Positions 24,041 to 32,964 of a DNA stretch of 50,885 nt are shown here, piece after piece (the stretch's first letter is position 1; each line of letters begins with the position of its first letter). The position numbers and the translations under genes were made by a program. Source of the DNA: a virus; the IMG/VR virus record IMGVR_UViG_3300009528_000004; one strand, given 5' to 3'. The notes beneath the pieces were generated by a model, which saw only the letters and a program-made list of their open reading frames with translations, was not told where the DNA came from and did not search any database.

Positions 24041-25162
24041 ATGATCAATTTAGATGCATTAGTGGTTGATGGTAATTCTACAGGGCCGTATGGAGATATG
24101 AAGCCATTCGCATGTTTACTAGCAGGCCTTGTGATAGCATGTAATGCTCAGGTTGTGCTTGAGATTGGAAGTGGACCTTTGAACTCAGGTAGAGCTTTTT
24201 TGTACGGACTTGAAAAGACTAAGGGAATTCTTTATACTTGCGACCTTAAAAAGAAATTTGACTTTTCTCATCCGTCTCTATGTTTTGAGCGGTTAACTTC
24301 GCAGGAGCTTGCTAAGAGTTGGAATAATCAAATAGATATTCTTTTGATTGATGGGGACCATAAATACGAGCAGGTTAAGTTCGATTATAATACTTTTTTG
24401 CCCTTTGTGAAAAAAGGTGGGTTTATTGTTTTACATGATACTGTTGTTAAGGCGGGTCCTAAAAAGCTTGCTTCAGAGGTTGTTGGGGGTCAGAGGTTAG
24501 TGTTTCCGAAGAACCCGGGATTGACGGTGTTCCAAAAGCAAGAGAGTGGGGTTTTGACGGGCGAGAATCAAGTAGAACTTGAGGAAACGAAAAGAATTGT
24601 TAAAAGCATCCAAGGATGGGTTGGCGACAAGGAAGGTGCATATCTTTTCCAGAGAGCAAAGAACTGTTCAAAAGGTATAATTGTTGAAATAGGCTCTTGG
24701 AAAGGGAAATCAACTGTTTGGCTGGCAAGGGGCTCAAAAGCAGGAAACAAAACTAGGATTTATGCTATAGACCCTTTTGATGGTAGAGATTCAAAATTCA
24801 TAACAATACCCCAGCCTGATTATTCAGTTTTTGAAATTTTTAAGGATAATATAAGAAAAGCTGGATTGAATGATTTGATAACTCCTATCGTTTCCCGCTC
24901 TCAGGATGCAAGTGATAAAATTAAGGAGAGAATAGAATTTCTTTTCATAGATGGTGCCCACGGATATGAGTTCGTCAAGAAGGATTTTGAGCTATATTTC
25001 CCAAAGGTGCTGAGGGGAGGGATCATTGTATTTCATGATGCAAATGAAAGAGAAGGAGTTAAGAGAGAAGGCGTAGTAAAACTAATGAGGGAATTATCAA
25101 AAGACAAAAGGGTAGAGAAAATCGATGTCGTGGGTTCAATGGTGGCTTGGAGGAAAATTTGA
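24041..25162 (+). CDS. Tandem-domain class I SAM-dependent methyltransferase (CmcI/TylF-like halves)
   Basis: 'LEIGSGPLNSG...LLIDGDHKYEQV...GFIVLHD' is repeated as 'VEIGSWKGKST...LFIDGAHGYEFV...GIIVFHD'. Confidence 0.75.
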   Translation: MINLDALVVDGNSTGPYGDMKPFACLLAGLVIACNAQVVLEIGSGPLNSGRAFLYGLEKTKGILYTCDLKKKFDFSHPSLCFERLTSQELAKSWNNQIDILLIDGDHKYEQVKFDYNTFLPFVKKGGFIVLHDTVVKAGPKKLASEVVGGQRLVFPKNPGLTVFQKQESGVLTGENQVELEETKRIVKSIQGWVGDKEGAYLFQRAKNCSKGIIVEIGSWKGKSTVWLARGSKAGNKTRIYAIDPFDGRDSKFITIPQPDYSVFEIFKDNIRKAGLNDLITPIVSRSQDASDKIKERIEFLFIDGAHGYEFVKKDFELYFPKVLRGGIIVFHDANEREGVKREGVVKLMRELSKDKRVEKIDVVGSMVAWRKI

Positions 25163-25190
25163 AAAGAGTAGCAAGGATAGTAGGTAAAGA

Positions 25191-25625
25191 ATGAGTATAG
25201 ATATAAACGCTTTGAAGATAGGGATCTACGATGCCTTAAATGTGCCAGCTATCACCAATCTAGTAACAGGGATTTATCACAAAAAGGCTCCCCAGGATGC
25301 ATCCTACCCCTATATCCTCTACTGGATCGTAACCGGTAGCAATAAAGACACTTTTACCGAATGGAAGGATGAAGTGCTGATTCAGATAGATGTGTATTGC
25401 CAGAATAAAGATAAAAATGAAAATGATGTATCGGGAGGCCAGCATTGTGGAGTTATATTAAAGGCGGTTACTACAGCGATGGATGAGGCTGAGATAACTG
25501 CTGAGGGATATTCGGTATTTTTCTGCCAAAGGCAAGGACCTCCTCGAGATCTATATGAGGATGATACAGATACTTATCATAATGTTTTAGAATATCGAAT
25601 CGAAATGGAAAAAAGCAAAATTTAG
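25191..25625 (+). CDS. Tail terminator/completion protein (DUF3168-like)
   Basis: 'IYHKKAPQDASYPYILYWIV...VLIQIDVY', positioned before the tube gene. Confidence 0.65.
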   Translation: MSIDINALKIGIYDALNVPAITNLVTGIYHKKAPQDASYPYILYWIVTGSNKDTFTEWKDEVLIQIDVYCQNKDKNENDVSGGQHCGVILKAVTTAMDEAEITAEGYSVFFCQRQGPPRDLYEDDTDTYHNVLEYRIEMEKSKI

Positions 25626-25689
25626 TTCTTTAATATTAGTTTAATGAAAATTTCAGTAAAACTCGGTAAGTATTAGGAGGTGAATAATA

Positions 25690-26112
25690 ATGGGCGAAAC
25701 AAAAGCAATTGCGGGATATCACGGAAAGGTTTATGTAGGAGCTGCTTCCTCACCCCTGAATGAAGTTGCAGAGATAGGGAACTGGACTGCGACTATAGCA
25801 TTGGATTTAATAGAGACTCCCAAGTTTCAGGCGGATAAAACTAGGATTGCTGGAAAGAGGGACTTCAGCGGTTCATTCGATGGATCTTGGTATCTCCAAG
25901 ATACGACAGGTCAGAAAGTCCTTCAGGATGCTCTGCTTGGTGGAACGGTGGTCTATTTGAGGCTTCAGGCAAAGGATGGTAACACTTACTCTTGTTGGGT
26001 TTTGATTTCTGGGGAAACATTAGGTGCCCCTCATGCTGGATCACAAGCCATCAGCTTTGCTTTTTCCTCTACTGGTAAGGTGGCAGTGACCGTCGCGTCC
26101 ACAAGCGCATAA
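25690..26112 (+). CDS. Major tail (tube) protein
   Basis: 140 aa with strong RBS 'aggaggtg'. Position immediately before the chaperone pair and tape measure. Confidence 0.65.
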   Translation: MGETKAIAGYHGKVYVGAASSPLNEVAEIGNWTATIALDLIETPKFQADKTRIAGKRDFSGSFDGSWYLQDTTGQKVLQDALLGGTVVYLRLQAKDGNTYSCWVLISGETLGAPHAGSQAISFAFSSTGKVAVTVASTSA

Positions 26113-26192
26113 TAGGTTTTGAGGGCTGGTGTAATAGGGCTAGAAACTCCTTGAGCCGTTCAGTCCTAGAGAGGAGAATATAAAAAAGGAGT

Positions 26193-26663
26193 GTGATTAT
26201 GGGTATAGACAAAACTGTTGATGCTCCTGTAACAGTGGAGTTCAAGGGAAAACAATATAAGTTAAGACAGGTTACTACTCAAGACTATGGCGAGATTGTT
26301 CGCTATCTCAAGACGCTTTATGTAGGTGAGGTTGGGAAGTCTATGAAGATAGCCGGGATTAGTGAAAATAAGATTATTGCGGAGATAGGAAGGCTTCAGT
26401 TCGAGGAGTGGGGCACCAAAGGGGAAAATCAGAAGGAAATAGAAAAGCATTATAATGAGAGGGTAAAACCGTTGATGGCCTCCAATGAGGCAATGACCTA
26501 TATCCTCTACATAGGATTGAGAAGAGAGCATCCTGAACTGACCCTTGAGGAAACGAATGATATTGTAGCGAGTAGCCCTAAGGCTATAGGAGATCTCATA
26601 ACTTATGTAATGGGTGGAATTAAAGCAAAAAAAGGAAAAAACGTGAAGAGAGTAACGGCGTAG
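26193..26663 (+). CDS. Tail assembly chaperone (G-like)
   Basis: Position upstream of the tape measure, with a slippery site near its 3' end. Confidence 0.75.
   Translation: MIMGIDKTVDAPVTVEFKGKQYKLRQVTTQDYGEIVRYLKTLYVGEVGKSMKIAGISENKIIAEIGRLQFEEWGTKGENQKEIEKHYNERVKPLMASNEAMTYILYIGLRREHPELTLEETNDIVASSPKAIGDLITYVMGGIKAKKGKNVKRVTA
26627..26633 (+). promoter_or_regulatory. Programmed -1 ribosomal frameshift site A_AAA_AAA
   Basis: 'gcA AAA AAA gga' in the zero frame. The -1 frame is open from 26633 straight through ORF 26687..26926. Confidence 0.75.
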
Positions 26664-26686
26664 ATTATTATTGTCAGCTCTGGACT

Positions 26687-26926
26687 ATGGACTGGGATTA
26701 CGTCTTTGCTCAATTGAAGAGATTTTATAGGTGCTCGAAAGTTGAATTCAAGGAGATGACTCTGCATGAGGTCTTTCAGCTATTAAAGGATGGAGAAAAG
26801 TTAGCAAAGGCAGAAAGCGGGGAGAAAGTAGAGACAGAAACTCGGGAACAAAAAATAATAAGATTGAGAGATATGGCAACGCGAAGAAAAGCTAAATTAA
26901 TTAGAGAGGGAAAATGGAAAGATTGA
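26687..26926 (+). CDS. Tail assembly chaperone extension (T-like), expressed as a G-T fusion by -1 frameshift
   Basis: It sits in the -1 frame relative to 26193..26663, with no stop between the slippery site and this ORF. Confidence 0.7.
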   Translation: MDWDYVFAQLKRFYRCSKVEFKEMTLHEVFQLLKDGEKLAKAESGEKVETETREQKIIRLRDMATRRKAKLIREGKWKD

Positions 26927-26969
26927 GATACTGGAAGTGTATTTTTAAAGATTACAGGAGAAATTTATA

Positions 26970-29900
26970 ATGGCCGCAGGAACAAAAGTCGGAGAAGCCT
27001 ACGTCGAGCTTCAAGCTCGTATGGCCAAGTTTGAGTCTCAGTTGAAATCAGCAGAGGTAATGACTGGTAAATCAGTCAGCAAGATGCAGGCTAAATTTCA
27101 GGCTCTAGCTCCCACCTTCAGGAAAGTAGGTATAGGAATGGCCGTTGCCGGCGGTGCTATTACGGCAGCGCTAGGCTTGACCATAAAGTCCTCTATGTCT
27201 TTCAATAAGGAAATGGCCAACATAGCCACCCTGATCCCAGGCGCTACTGACCGGGTGATTGAACTAAAGGGCGCAATCCAGGAAATGGCTGTAGATGTAG
27301 GAAAAGCTACGGGGGATTTGGCGGCAGGTGGTTATCAGGTCATATCTGCGTTCGGGGACACTGCCGATACTGTGGCTATTCTTGAAATATCAGCTAAGGC
27401 TGCCACGGCTGGTGTGGCAACTACTACATCAGCAATTAACCTCTTGTCGGCTGTTACCAAGGGATACGGTGATACCTCTAAAGAGGCTATTCAGAAAGCC
27501 AGCGATTTGGCTTTTATGACGGTCAAATTAGGGCAAACTGATTTCCCTCAACTTGAAGCCAGCATTGGCCGTGTAATACCCCTGACTGCTGAAATGGGAG
27601 TGAGCCAAGAGGAACTATTTGCAGTAATGGCTACCGGGACAGGAGTCACAGGTAAGGCTGCTGAAGTAGCAACTCAATTCAGGGGGGTAATGCAATCCCT
27701 GATGGCCCCGACTGCGGATATGATAAAGCTCCTTGAGGAGAAGGGATATGCAAGCGGAAAGGCTATGCTTGCTGATTTAGGTTTAGCAGGAGCTCTTGAA
27801 CTTATCAAAACAAAGGCTGATGAATCAAATACTCCCTTGCAGAAATACATTTCCTCGATAGAAGGTCAAACCATAGCGCTAGCATTGACCGGGACGCAGG
27901 CTGATACCTACAAAGAGAAGCTCCTTGCTATGATGGATGTTACAGGTCAGACTGATATAGCTTTCAAGGAACAAACAGAGGGTATCAATGCAGCAGGATT
28001 CGCCTTCGAGCAAGCAAAAATACGAATAGGAGTCTTAGGCCAAGAAATAGGCGACAGGCTCCTGCCGATGATAACCCCCCTGATTGAGAAGATTACCGAT
28101 ATTGTCAAGAAAATGTCAGACTGGGCAAAGGAGCATCCGAAACTTAGCTCAGGTATCATCAAATTTGCAGCAGTCCTAGGACCCCTTTTGATAGGTCTGG
28201 GTGGTTTCTTGATAATTTTACCTAAATTGATTGCTTTAATACCTCTTTTGAAAATAGGGATGATTAAATTGGGAGGAGCTTTTCATTTTATGCTGGGTCC
28301 AATCGGACTTATCATAATAGCAATAACGGCGGCTGTAGCGGCATTTATCTATTTCTACAAGACTAGCGAGAAGTTTCGTGATTTTATCAACAAGATTGGC
28401 GCATATATGAAGGCACTGGCTCAAAATATCTGGAATCACCTTGTCTGGCTGAAGGATAATTGGGGTAAAATTTGGAAGACGATATTTGAAGGCTTACCCA
28501 AAATAGCCAAGAACGCCTTCGATAATTTAATAACGATATTTAAGTGGGTATGGGAGTTTATTAAAGGCTGGGGAAGTTGGCTCGGCAAGAACTTCATAAA
28601 TGTCTGGAAGAATATGTTTAGCGCAGTGTCCACAGGGCTCAAGAACTTCGGGACTAATATTGTTGCACAACTAGGCTGGCTTGGCCAGAAAATGAACCCG
28701 AAAAACTGGTTCAAAAAAATCGAGCGGCCCGACTGGACTCCGCTATTTGATGGCTTGGAGGCCAAGTGGGAAGAGATGCCCAAGATTGCCGAGTTGAATC
28801 TGAAGAAGATGACTGAGGGCGTCAAGGTATACTTTGAGCCGCTGCCAGAATTAGTAGAACCCGTTTTTAAGGCTATAGAAGAGGGGGCTGAAGGAGCTGG
28901 CAAGGCAATAGATGGTATGACGACTGCAACAGAAAAATATATTACGACATTTGATGCATTACAAAAAGGGATAGGTAAAGTAAACGATGCTCTTGATCTT
29001 GTAATAGTCAAACTCAAAGAGATAGGGAAAGTTATTATGCTTCCCGTTTATGTATTTTGGGGTCAATTTGAGAAGGGCGCATTGGCAGTAAAGGAAGCTT
29101 GGGATGATACTTCGAGAGGTGTTAATAAAGCCACTGGCGAAATGGTCTCTACTATGTATCTTGCAGAAAGCAAACTTGCACCTATTTATGATAAATTCGT
29201 AGACGGTATAGTTGGGGTTGGAAAGGCTTATAAGGTTGTTGGTAAGGGAATAAAAAAAGAAACAAAAGATATGAGTAAGGATGTTAAGCAAGGCTTATTG
29301 GCAATGAAGGAAAGCTGGGCTGAAACAGCTACAAGCATTGAAGATTCAGCAGACGATATAGTTGAAGCTATTGTAGGAATGGTTGACGCAGTTACTTTAT
29401 TCTGGGGTAAGTTCAAAAAAGGTGCTTTAGCTGTCAAGGAGAGCTGGAAAGATACTAGAAAAGGTATAGATACGGAAAGCGGAAAGATAGTTTCTACTGC
29501 ATATTTGGCTGAAAGTAAGCTCACTCCTATATACGATAAGTTTGTAGATGGCGTATTAGGGTTTGGCAATGCTTATAAAATTACTAGGAAAGTAGTGGAA
29601 AAAGAAGTCCCAGGAATAGTAGGGATTACAACGGACGGCCTGCTTGCTATGAAAGAAGGCTGGGATGATACTGCAAGAGGGATTGAAGACTCAACAGAGG
29701 ATATAATTGATAGTCAGATTGAAATGGTAGATGCGGTAACTTTATTCTGGGGTAAACAGAAGAAAGGTCTTTTGGCTATAAAGGAAGGCTGGAAAGAAGT
29801 TGCAGATGCTGCGAAAGATGCTACAGATAAAGCTAAAAAAGCTGTTAAGACTTTTGCAGAAATAGCCGCTGAAGAATGGGCAGGTGCATTTGAAAGCATA

Positions 29901-31409
29901 GCAAGAACAGCCTTTTCTTCCTTTGTCGACATCATCAGGGGAGTAAAGACAATGGAGGAGGCATTCCTTGACTTTGCCAAGAAGCTCCAGACAGTCGTGG
30001 CGGATGCTCTTTTGAATCTGGCCATACAGGCGGCAGCAATGGGGGATGCAGTGGGGGCTGTCCTTCTGGGATTAGCGGCTCTGGTTGTCTCGCTTTGGGA
30101 TAAGATGGTGGCATGGTTGGACGGTTCTGCTGAGAGAGCTAGAGAATTGGAAGCAGCACTTGGAGATATATCCCATACTACAGAAATATTGGGTGAAGCC
30201 TTTAAGGATGTCGGTGCGTCACTCACTGGTAGCATCAACGATGCGGAAAGGGCTATACGTAACCTTCAACAAAGCCAGGAAGACCTCGCACTTAATACAC
30301 GGGACAAACTGATAAAGGAACTTGATAATTACTATGACTATCGGGTTCTGAGAGAAATGAGCCTGGATGAGCTTCTGGCACTATCAGCCGAAACCAGGCT
30401 GAAGCTGGAGCAGGGTACGCTTGAGGAGATAGCCGAGACTGCCGAGGAAACAGCAGAAAGGGAGAAGGACGCCAAGATTAGTACGCTTGAAGCTATCGAG
30501 GAGGCTTACAAAAAAGAAGCTGAAATGATAGACAAGAAGATTAAGCTCATTGAGATAGAGATAAAGCTGATGATGGCGGCCGCTTTGGCGGAGCAGGGCA
30601 AATTCAAGGAAGCTGAAAAGCTCAGGAAAGAGGCGATGCACGATCTTGGGAAGTTACTCTACACTGAAGAGGAAATGATAGAGAGAATAGAAGAGGCTAA
30701 GGACGCTCTGAGGGACTCGATACCTTGGTGGAAAAAATATGGGAAAGAAGGGGAAAAATCAGCGGATATCATAAGGGATGCTCTTAAAAGAACTGGGAGA
30801 GAGATGAAGCTTATGGAGGACTCGACTGACGATGCAAGGTACGGGATTGAAGATTGGGGCGACGCTGGAAGAAGAAATGCCCAGAAATTAGTGGAGGGAT
30901 TCGAGGAAGCGAGAGATGCAATTGAGGATTGGGGCGAGGCAGGAAGAAGAAACGCCCAGAAATTGGTAGAGGAGTTTGAGGAAGTAAGGATAGGAATCGA
31001 AGAATGGGGCAAAGAGATAAACAAGCTACCAGAGAAAATTGAGATAGGTTGGGACATACCGCCCTTCCCTGAGATAACAATTCCTAAAATCAACATACCT
31101 GTGGGATGGAATATAGCGGACTTCCCTAAAATAACAATTCCCAAACTCCCCACTGCCCAGATAGGTATTCCCAACATTCCCCGGACTATGCCTGTTTTAG
31201 TTCACAGGAAGGAAGCAATCCTTACTGCTCCCCAGGCTGAGGAATGGAGAGCAGGCAGGGGAGGACTAGGTGGAAACGTAACTTTCCAGCGAGGAGCAGT
31301 AATAATGCGGGTGCAAAACTTAAATACAAAAGCAGATGTTGAGGAATTAGTAGATTTAGTAGAGACGACTATGGTTAAGACCATAGAGAAAAAGTCGAGG
31401 GGTTTTTGA
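26970..31409 (+). CDS. Tape measure protein (1479 aa)
   Basis: Length, position, a central hydrophobic block ('LIGLGGFLIILPKLIALIPLL...') and internal tandem repeats. Confidence 0.9.
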   Translation: MAAGTKVGEAYVELQARMAKFESQLKSAEVMTGKSVSKMQAKFQALAPTFRKVGIGMAVAGGAITAALGLTIKSSMSFNKEMANIATLIPGATDRVIELKGAIQEMAVDVGKATGDLAAGGYQVISAFGDTADTVAILEISAKAATAGVATTTSAINLLSAVTKGYGDTSKEAIQKASDLAFMTVKLGQTDFPQLEASIGRVIPLTAEMGVSQEELFAVMATGTGVTGKAAEVATQFRGVMQSLMAPTADMIKLLEEKGYASGKAMLADLGLAGALELIKTKADESNTPLQKYISSIEGQTIALALTGTQADTYKEKLLAMMDVTGQTDIAFKEQTEGINAAGFAFEQAKIRIGVLGQEIGDRLLPMITPLIEKITDIVKKMSDWAKEHPKLSSGIIKFAAVLGPLLIGLGGFLIILPKLIALIPLLKIGMIKLGGAFHFMLGPIGLIIIAITAAVAAFIYFYKTSEKFRDFINKIGAYMKALAQNIWNHLVWLKDNWGKIWKTIFEGLPKIAKNAFDNLITIFKWVWEFIKGWGSWLGKNFINVWKNMFSAVSTGLKNFGTNIVAQLGWLGQKMNPKNWFKKIERPDWTPLFDGLEAKWEEMPKIAELNLKKMTEGVKVYFEPLPELVEPVFKAIEEGAEGAGKAIDGMTTATEKYITTFDALQKGIGKVNDALDLVIVKLKEIGKVIMLPVYVFWGQFEKGALAVKEAWDDTSRGVNKATGEMVSTMYLAESKLAPIYDKFVDGIVGVGKAYKVVGKGIKKETKDMSKDVKQGLLAMKESWAETATSIEDSADDIVEAIVGMVDAVTLFWGKFKKGALAVKESWKDTRKGIDTESGKIVSTAYLAESKLTPIYDKFVDGVLGFGNAYKITRKVVEKEVPGIVGITTDGLLAMKEGWDDTARGIEDSTEDIIDSQIEMVDAVTLFWGKQKKGLLAIKEGWKEVADAAKDATDKAKKAVKTFAEIAAEEWAGAFESIARTAFSSFVDIIRGVKTMEEAFLDFAKKLQTVVADALLNLAIQAAAMGDAVGAVLLGLAALVVSLWDKMVAWLDGSAERARELEAALGDISHTTEILGEAFKDVGASLTGSINDAERAIRNLQQSQEDLALNTRDKLIKELDNYYDYRVLREMSLDELLALSAETRLKLEQGTLEEIAETAEETAEREKDAKISTLEAIEEAYKKEAEMIDKKIKLIEIEIKLMMAAALAEQGKFKEAEKLRKEAMHDLGKLLYTEEEMIERIEEAKDALRDSIPWWKKYGKEGEKSADIIRDALKRTGREMKLMEDSTDDARYGIEDWGDAGRRNAQKLVEGFEEARDAIEDWGEAGRRNAQKLVEEFEEVRIGIEEWGKEINKLPEKIEIGWDIPPFPEITIPKINIPVGWNIADFPKITIPKLPTAQIGIPNIPRTMPVLVHRKEAILTAPQAEEWRAGRGGLGGNVTFQRGAVIMRVQNLNTKADVEELVDLVETTMVKTIEKKSRGF
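29031..29850 (+). repeat. Tandem 345-bp (115-aa) repeats inside the tape measure, about 2.4 copies
   Basis: The 'FWG(Q/K)(F/Q)(E/K)KG(A/L)LA(V/I)KE(A/S/G)W' anchors lie at 29055, 29400 and 29745, exactly 345 nt apart. Confidence 0.85.
30849..31016 (+). repeat. Tandem 75-bp (25-aa) repeats inside the tape measure, 2.2 copies
   Basis: 'EDWGDAGRRNAQKLVEGFEEARDAI', then 'EDWGEAGRRNAQKLVEEFEEVRIGI', then 'EEWGKE'. Confidence 0.85.
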
Positions 31410-32179
31410 TGTCTGTAATTCTTAAAAATAGCGGAAATGTAATTCAGTATACTTTTCCCTCTGGGGTAGAACTGATTGATGAGCCCCATTCTGTCCGCAT
31501 ATCCACAGAGGAGAGGGTCCACGCCCACGGTGGGGTAATCGTAAGTGATGAGAAAATAGCCTCTCGGATGCTGATAGTCCACGGAATCTTCAAAAAGGCA
31601 AGCCAGGCTCTGATGGAGACCGAACTCAAATTGATAAAAAAAGCCTGTTATGCAAAGAATTTGAGACTTTACGGGACTCAAAATGCCGATGAATTTTATA
31701 ATATAGAATGCAGAAGCTTTGATTTCGGTTATCTCGGGATGCTCACGGTAGCTGAAGTAGAAATTGAATTTATCTGTGTTGAGGGATTCCGCTACTACAA
31801 GGATGAGACCACTGATACAGAAGACCCTGTTGTCTCAGGGACTCCTTACATAGTTGCTAATGGCGGAGATGTAGAGATTAGCCCCATAATTACTTTTACT
31901 GCTGGCGCAGGTGCGGACATCTCGAAAATAAAGATTCAGAATACTACTGATAGCGATAAGTATTTTGAGTATGAGCCAGCCAGTAATTTAAGTTCAGGCG
32001 ATGCGGTAGTGATAGATTGTCAAAATGCTACCTGTAAATTGAATACGGTAGATGATATTGCTCACTTTTCAGGAGCGTTTATAGAGTTACAGAGTGGAGA
32101 TAACTCAATCACTATTACCATTACGGGGACGGCCGGGACGAGCCAGTTAGTTTTTGTGTTTAGAAAACGATATTTATAG
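31406..32179 (+). CDS. Distal tail protein (Dit-like)
   Basis: 257 aa directly after the tape measure (ATGA coupling). Confidence 0.65.
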   Translation: MMSVILKNSGNVIQYTFPSGVELIDEPHSVRISTEERVHAHGGVIVSDEKIASRMLIVHGIFKKASQALMETELKLIKKACYAKNLRLYGTQNADEFYNIECRSFDFGYLGMLTVAEVEIEFICVEGFRYYKDETTDTEDPVVSGTPYIVANGGDVEISPIITFTAGAGADISKIKIQNTTDSDKYFEYEPASNLSSGDAVVIDCQNATCKLNTVDDIAHFSGAFIELQSGDNSITITITGTAGTSQLVFVFRKRYL

Positions 32180-32191
32180 GAGGGTAGAATT

Positions 32192-32347
32192 GTGGCTAAG
32201 GGTACGGGTGGAGTAAAGCAGATGGTGTTGGGAATTTGGTACGACAAGAAGGGTATTATTAAACGACTCGATGTCAAGGGAATGAATTTAGAGGAATTGA
32301 TAGAGGCGTTAATAGAAAGAAGGGAGGCGAAGAAGAATGGTAGTTGA
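32192..32347 (+). CDS. Small protein (51 aa)
   Basis: GTG start 7 nt after 'aggaggg'. Below the ORF-track cutoff. Confidence 0.4.
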   Translation: MAKGTGGVKQMVLGIWYDKKGIIKRLDVKGMNLEELIEALIERREAKKNGS

Positions 32348-32507
32348 AAATTATAAAGGATTGGAGAAGTTAGATTGGGTTATGGACATAAGAAAGAGAT
32401 TGGAAAAAGGAAAAGTAGAAGGTTATATTTTATGTCCTGGGTGTAAAGGTTTGGGTTGTAAAAACTGTTTTGGTAATGGGTTTGTGACGAAAAAAGCAAA
32501 AAATTAA
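32337..32507 (+). CDS. Mini protein (56 aa) with two DnaJ-type CxxCxGxG motifs
   Basis: 'CPGCKGLG' and 'CKNCFGNG'. Overlaps the upstream ORF by 11 nt. Confidence 0.5.
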   Translation: MVVENYKGLEKLDWVMDIRKRLEKGKVEGYILCPGCKGLGCKNCFGNGFVTKKAKN

Positions 32508-32543
32508 AAGAAGGAAAATTAGAGAAATTGGAGGCGAAAAAGC

Positions 32544-32954
32544 ATGGCAGTAACAAGCTCAAAAATTCTGAATGATTTTTTAGAAAAATCAGTGAAGGCG
32601 ATAGGTGATGTTGATACTCCCGATCCGGCCACTTGGTTGGCGATGGGAGTGGGAGATGATAACACGGCAGCGGATGCAACGCAGCATACGTTAATAGGAA
32701 ATGCTTTTTATACAACCGTGGCCCCCACATATGAGGCATCTTATAAAGGTGTCTGGAATCATGAATTTACCTATGCTGAAGTTCACAGTATCCCACTGAC
32801 AAACGATACGATTAAGGAGTATTGTGTTACAAAATCGAATACTGAATATGCCAGTGGTGACCTGATGGTGCGAGTAGTGGTTGACCCTATAGTCCTGGGT
32901 GAAGGAGAAAAGTATGACCTGACTTTCAAGTTAGAAGCTAAGGAAACGACATAA
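32544..32954 (+). CDS. Tail/baseplate-associated protein (136 aa), family not recognised
   Basis: Position in the tail-tip block. RBS 'ggaggcg' upstream. Confidence 0.55.
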   Translation: MAVTSSKILNDFLEKSVKAIGDVDTPDPATWLAMGVGDDNTAADATQHTLIGNAFYTTVAPTYEASYKGVWNHEFTYAEVHSIPLTNDTIKEYCVTKSNTEYASGDLMVRVVVDPIVLGEGEKYDLTFKLEAKETT

Positions 32955-32964
32955 TTTTAGGGAG

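Noticed and set aside
28436-31177. Long minus-strand ORFs (28436..29017, 29714..30238, 30659..31177 and smaller ones) inside the tape measure gene.
   Set aside because: These are antisense shadows of a repeat-rich, A/G-rich coding sequence. They have no RBS, give low-complexity S/P/L-rich translations, and are fully nested in a confident 1479-aa gene.
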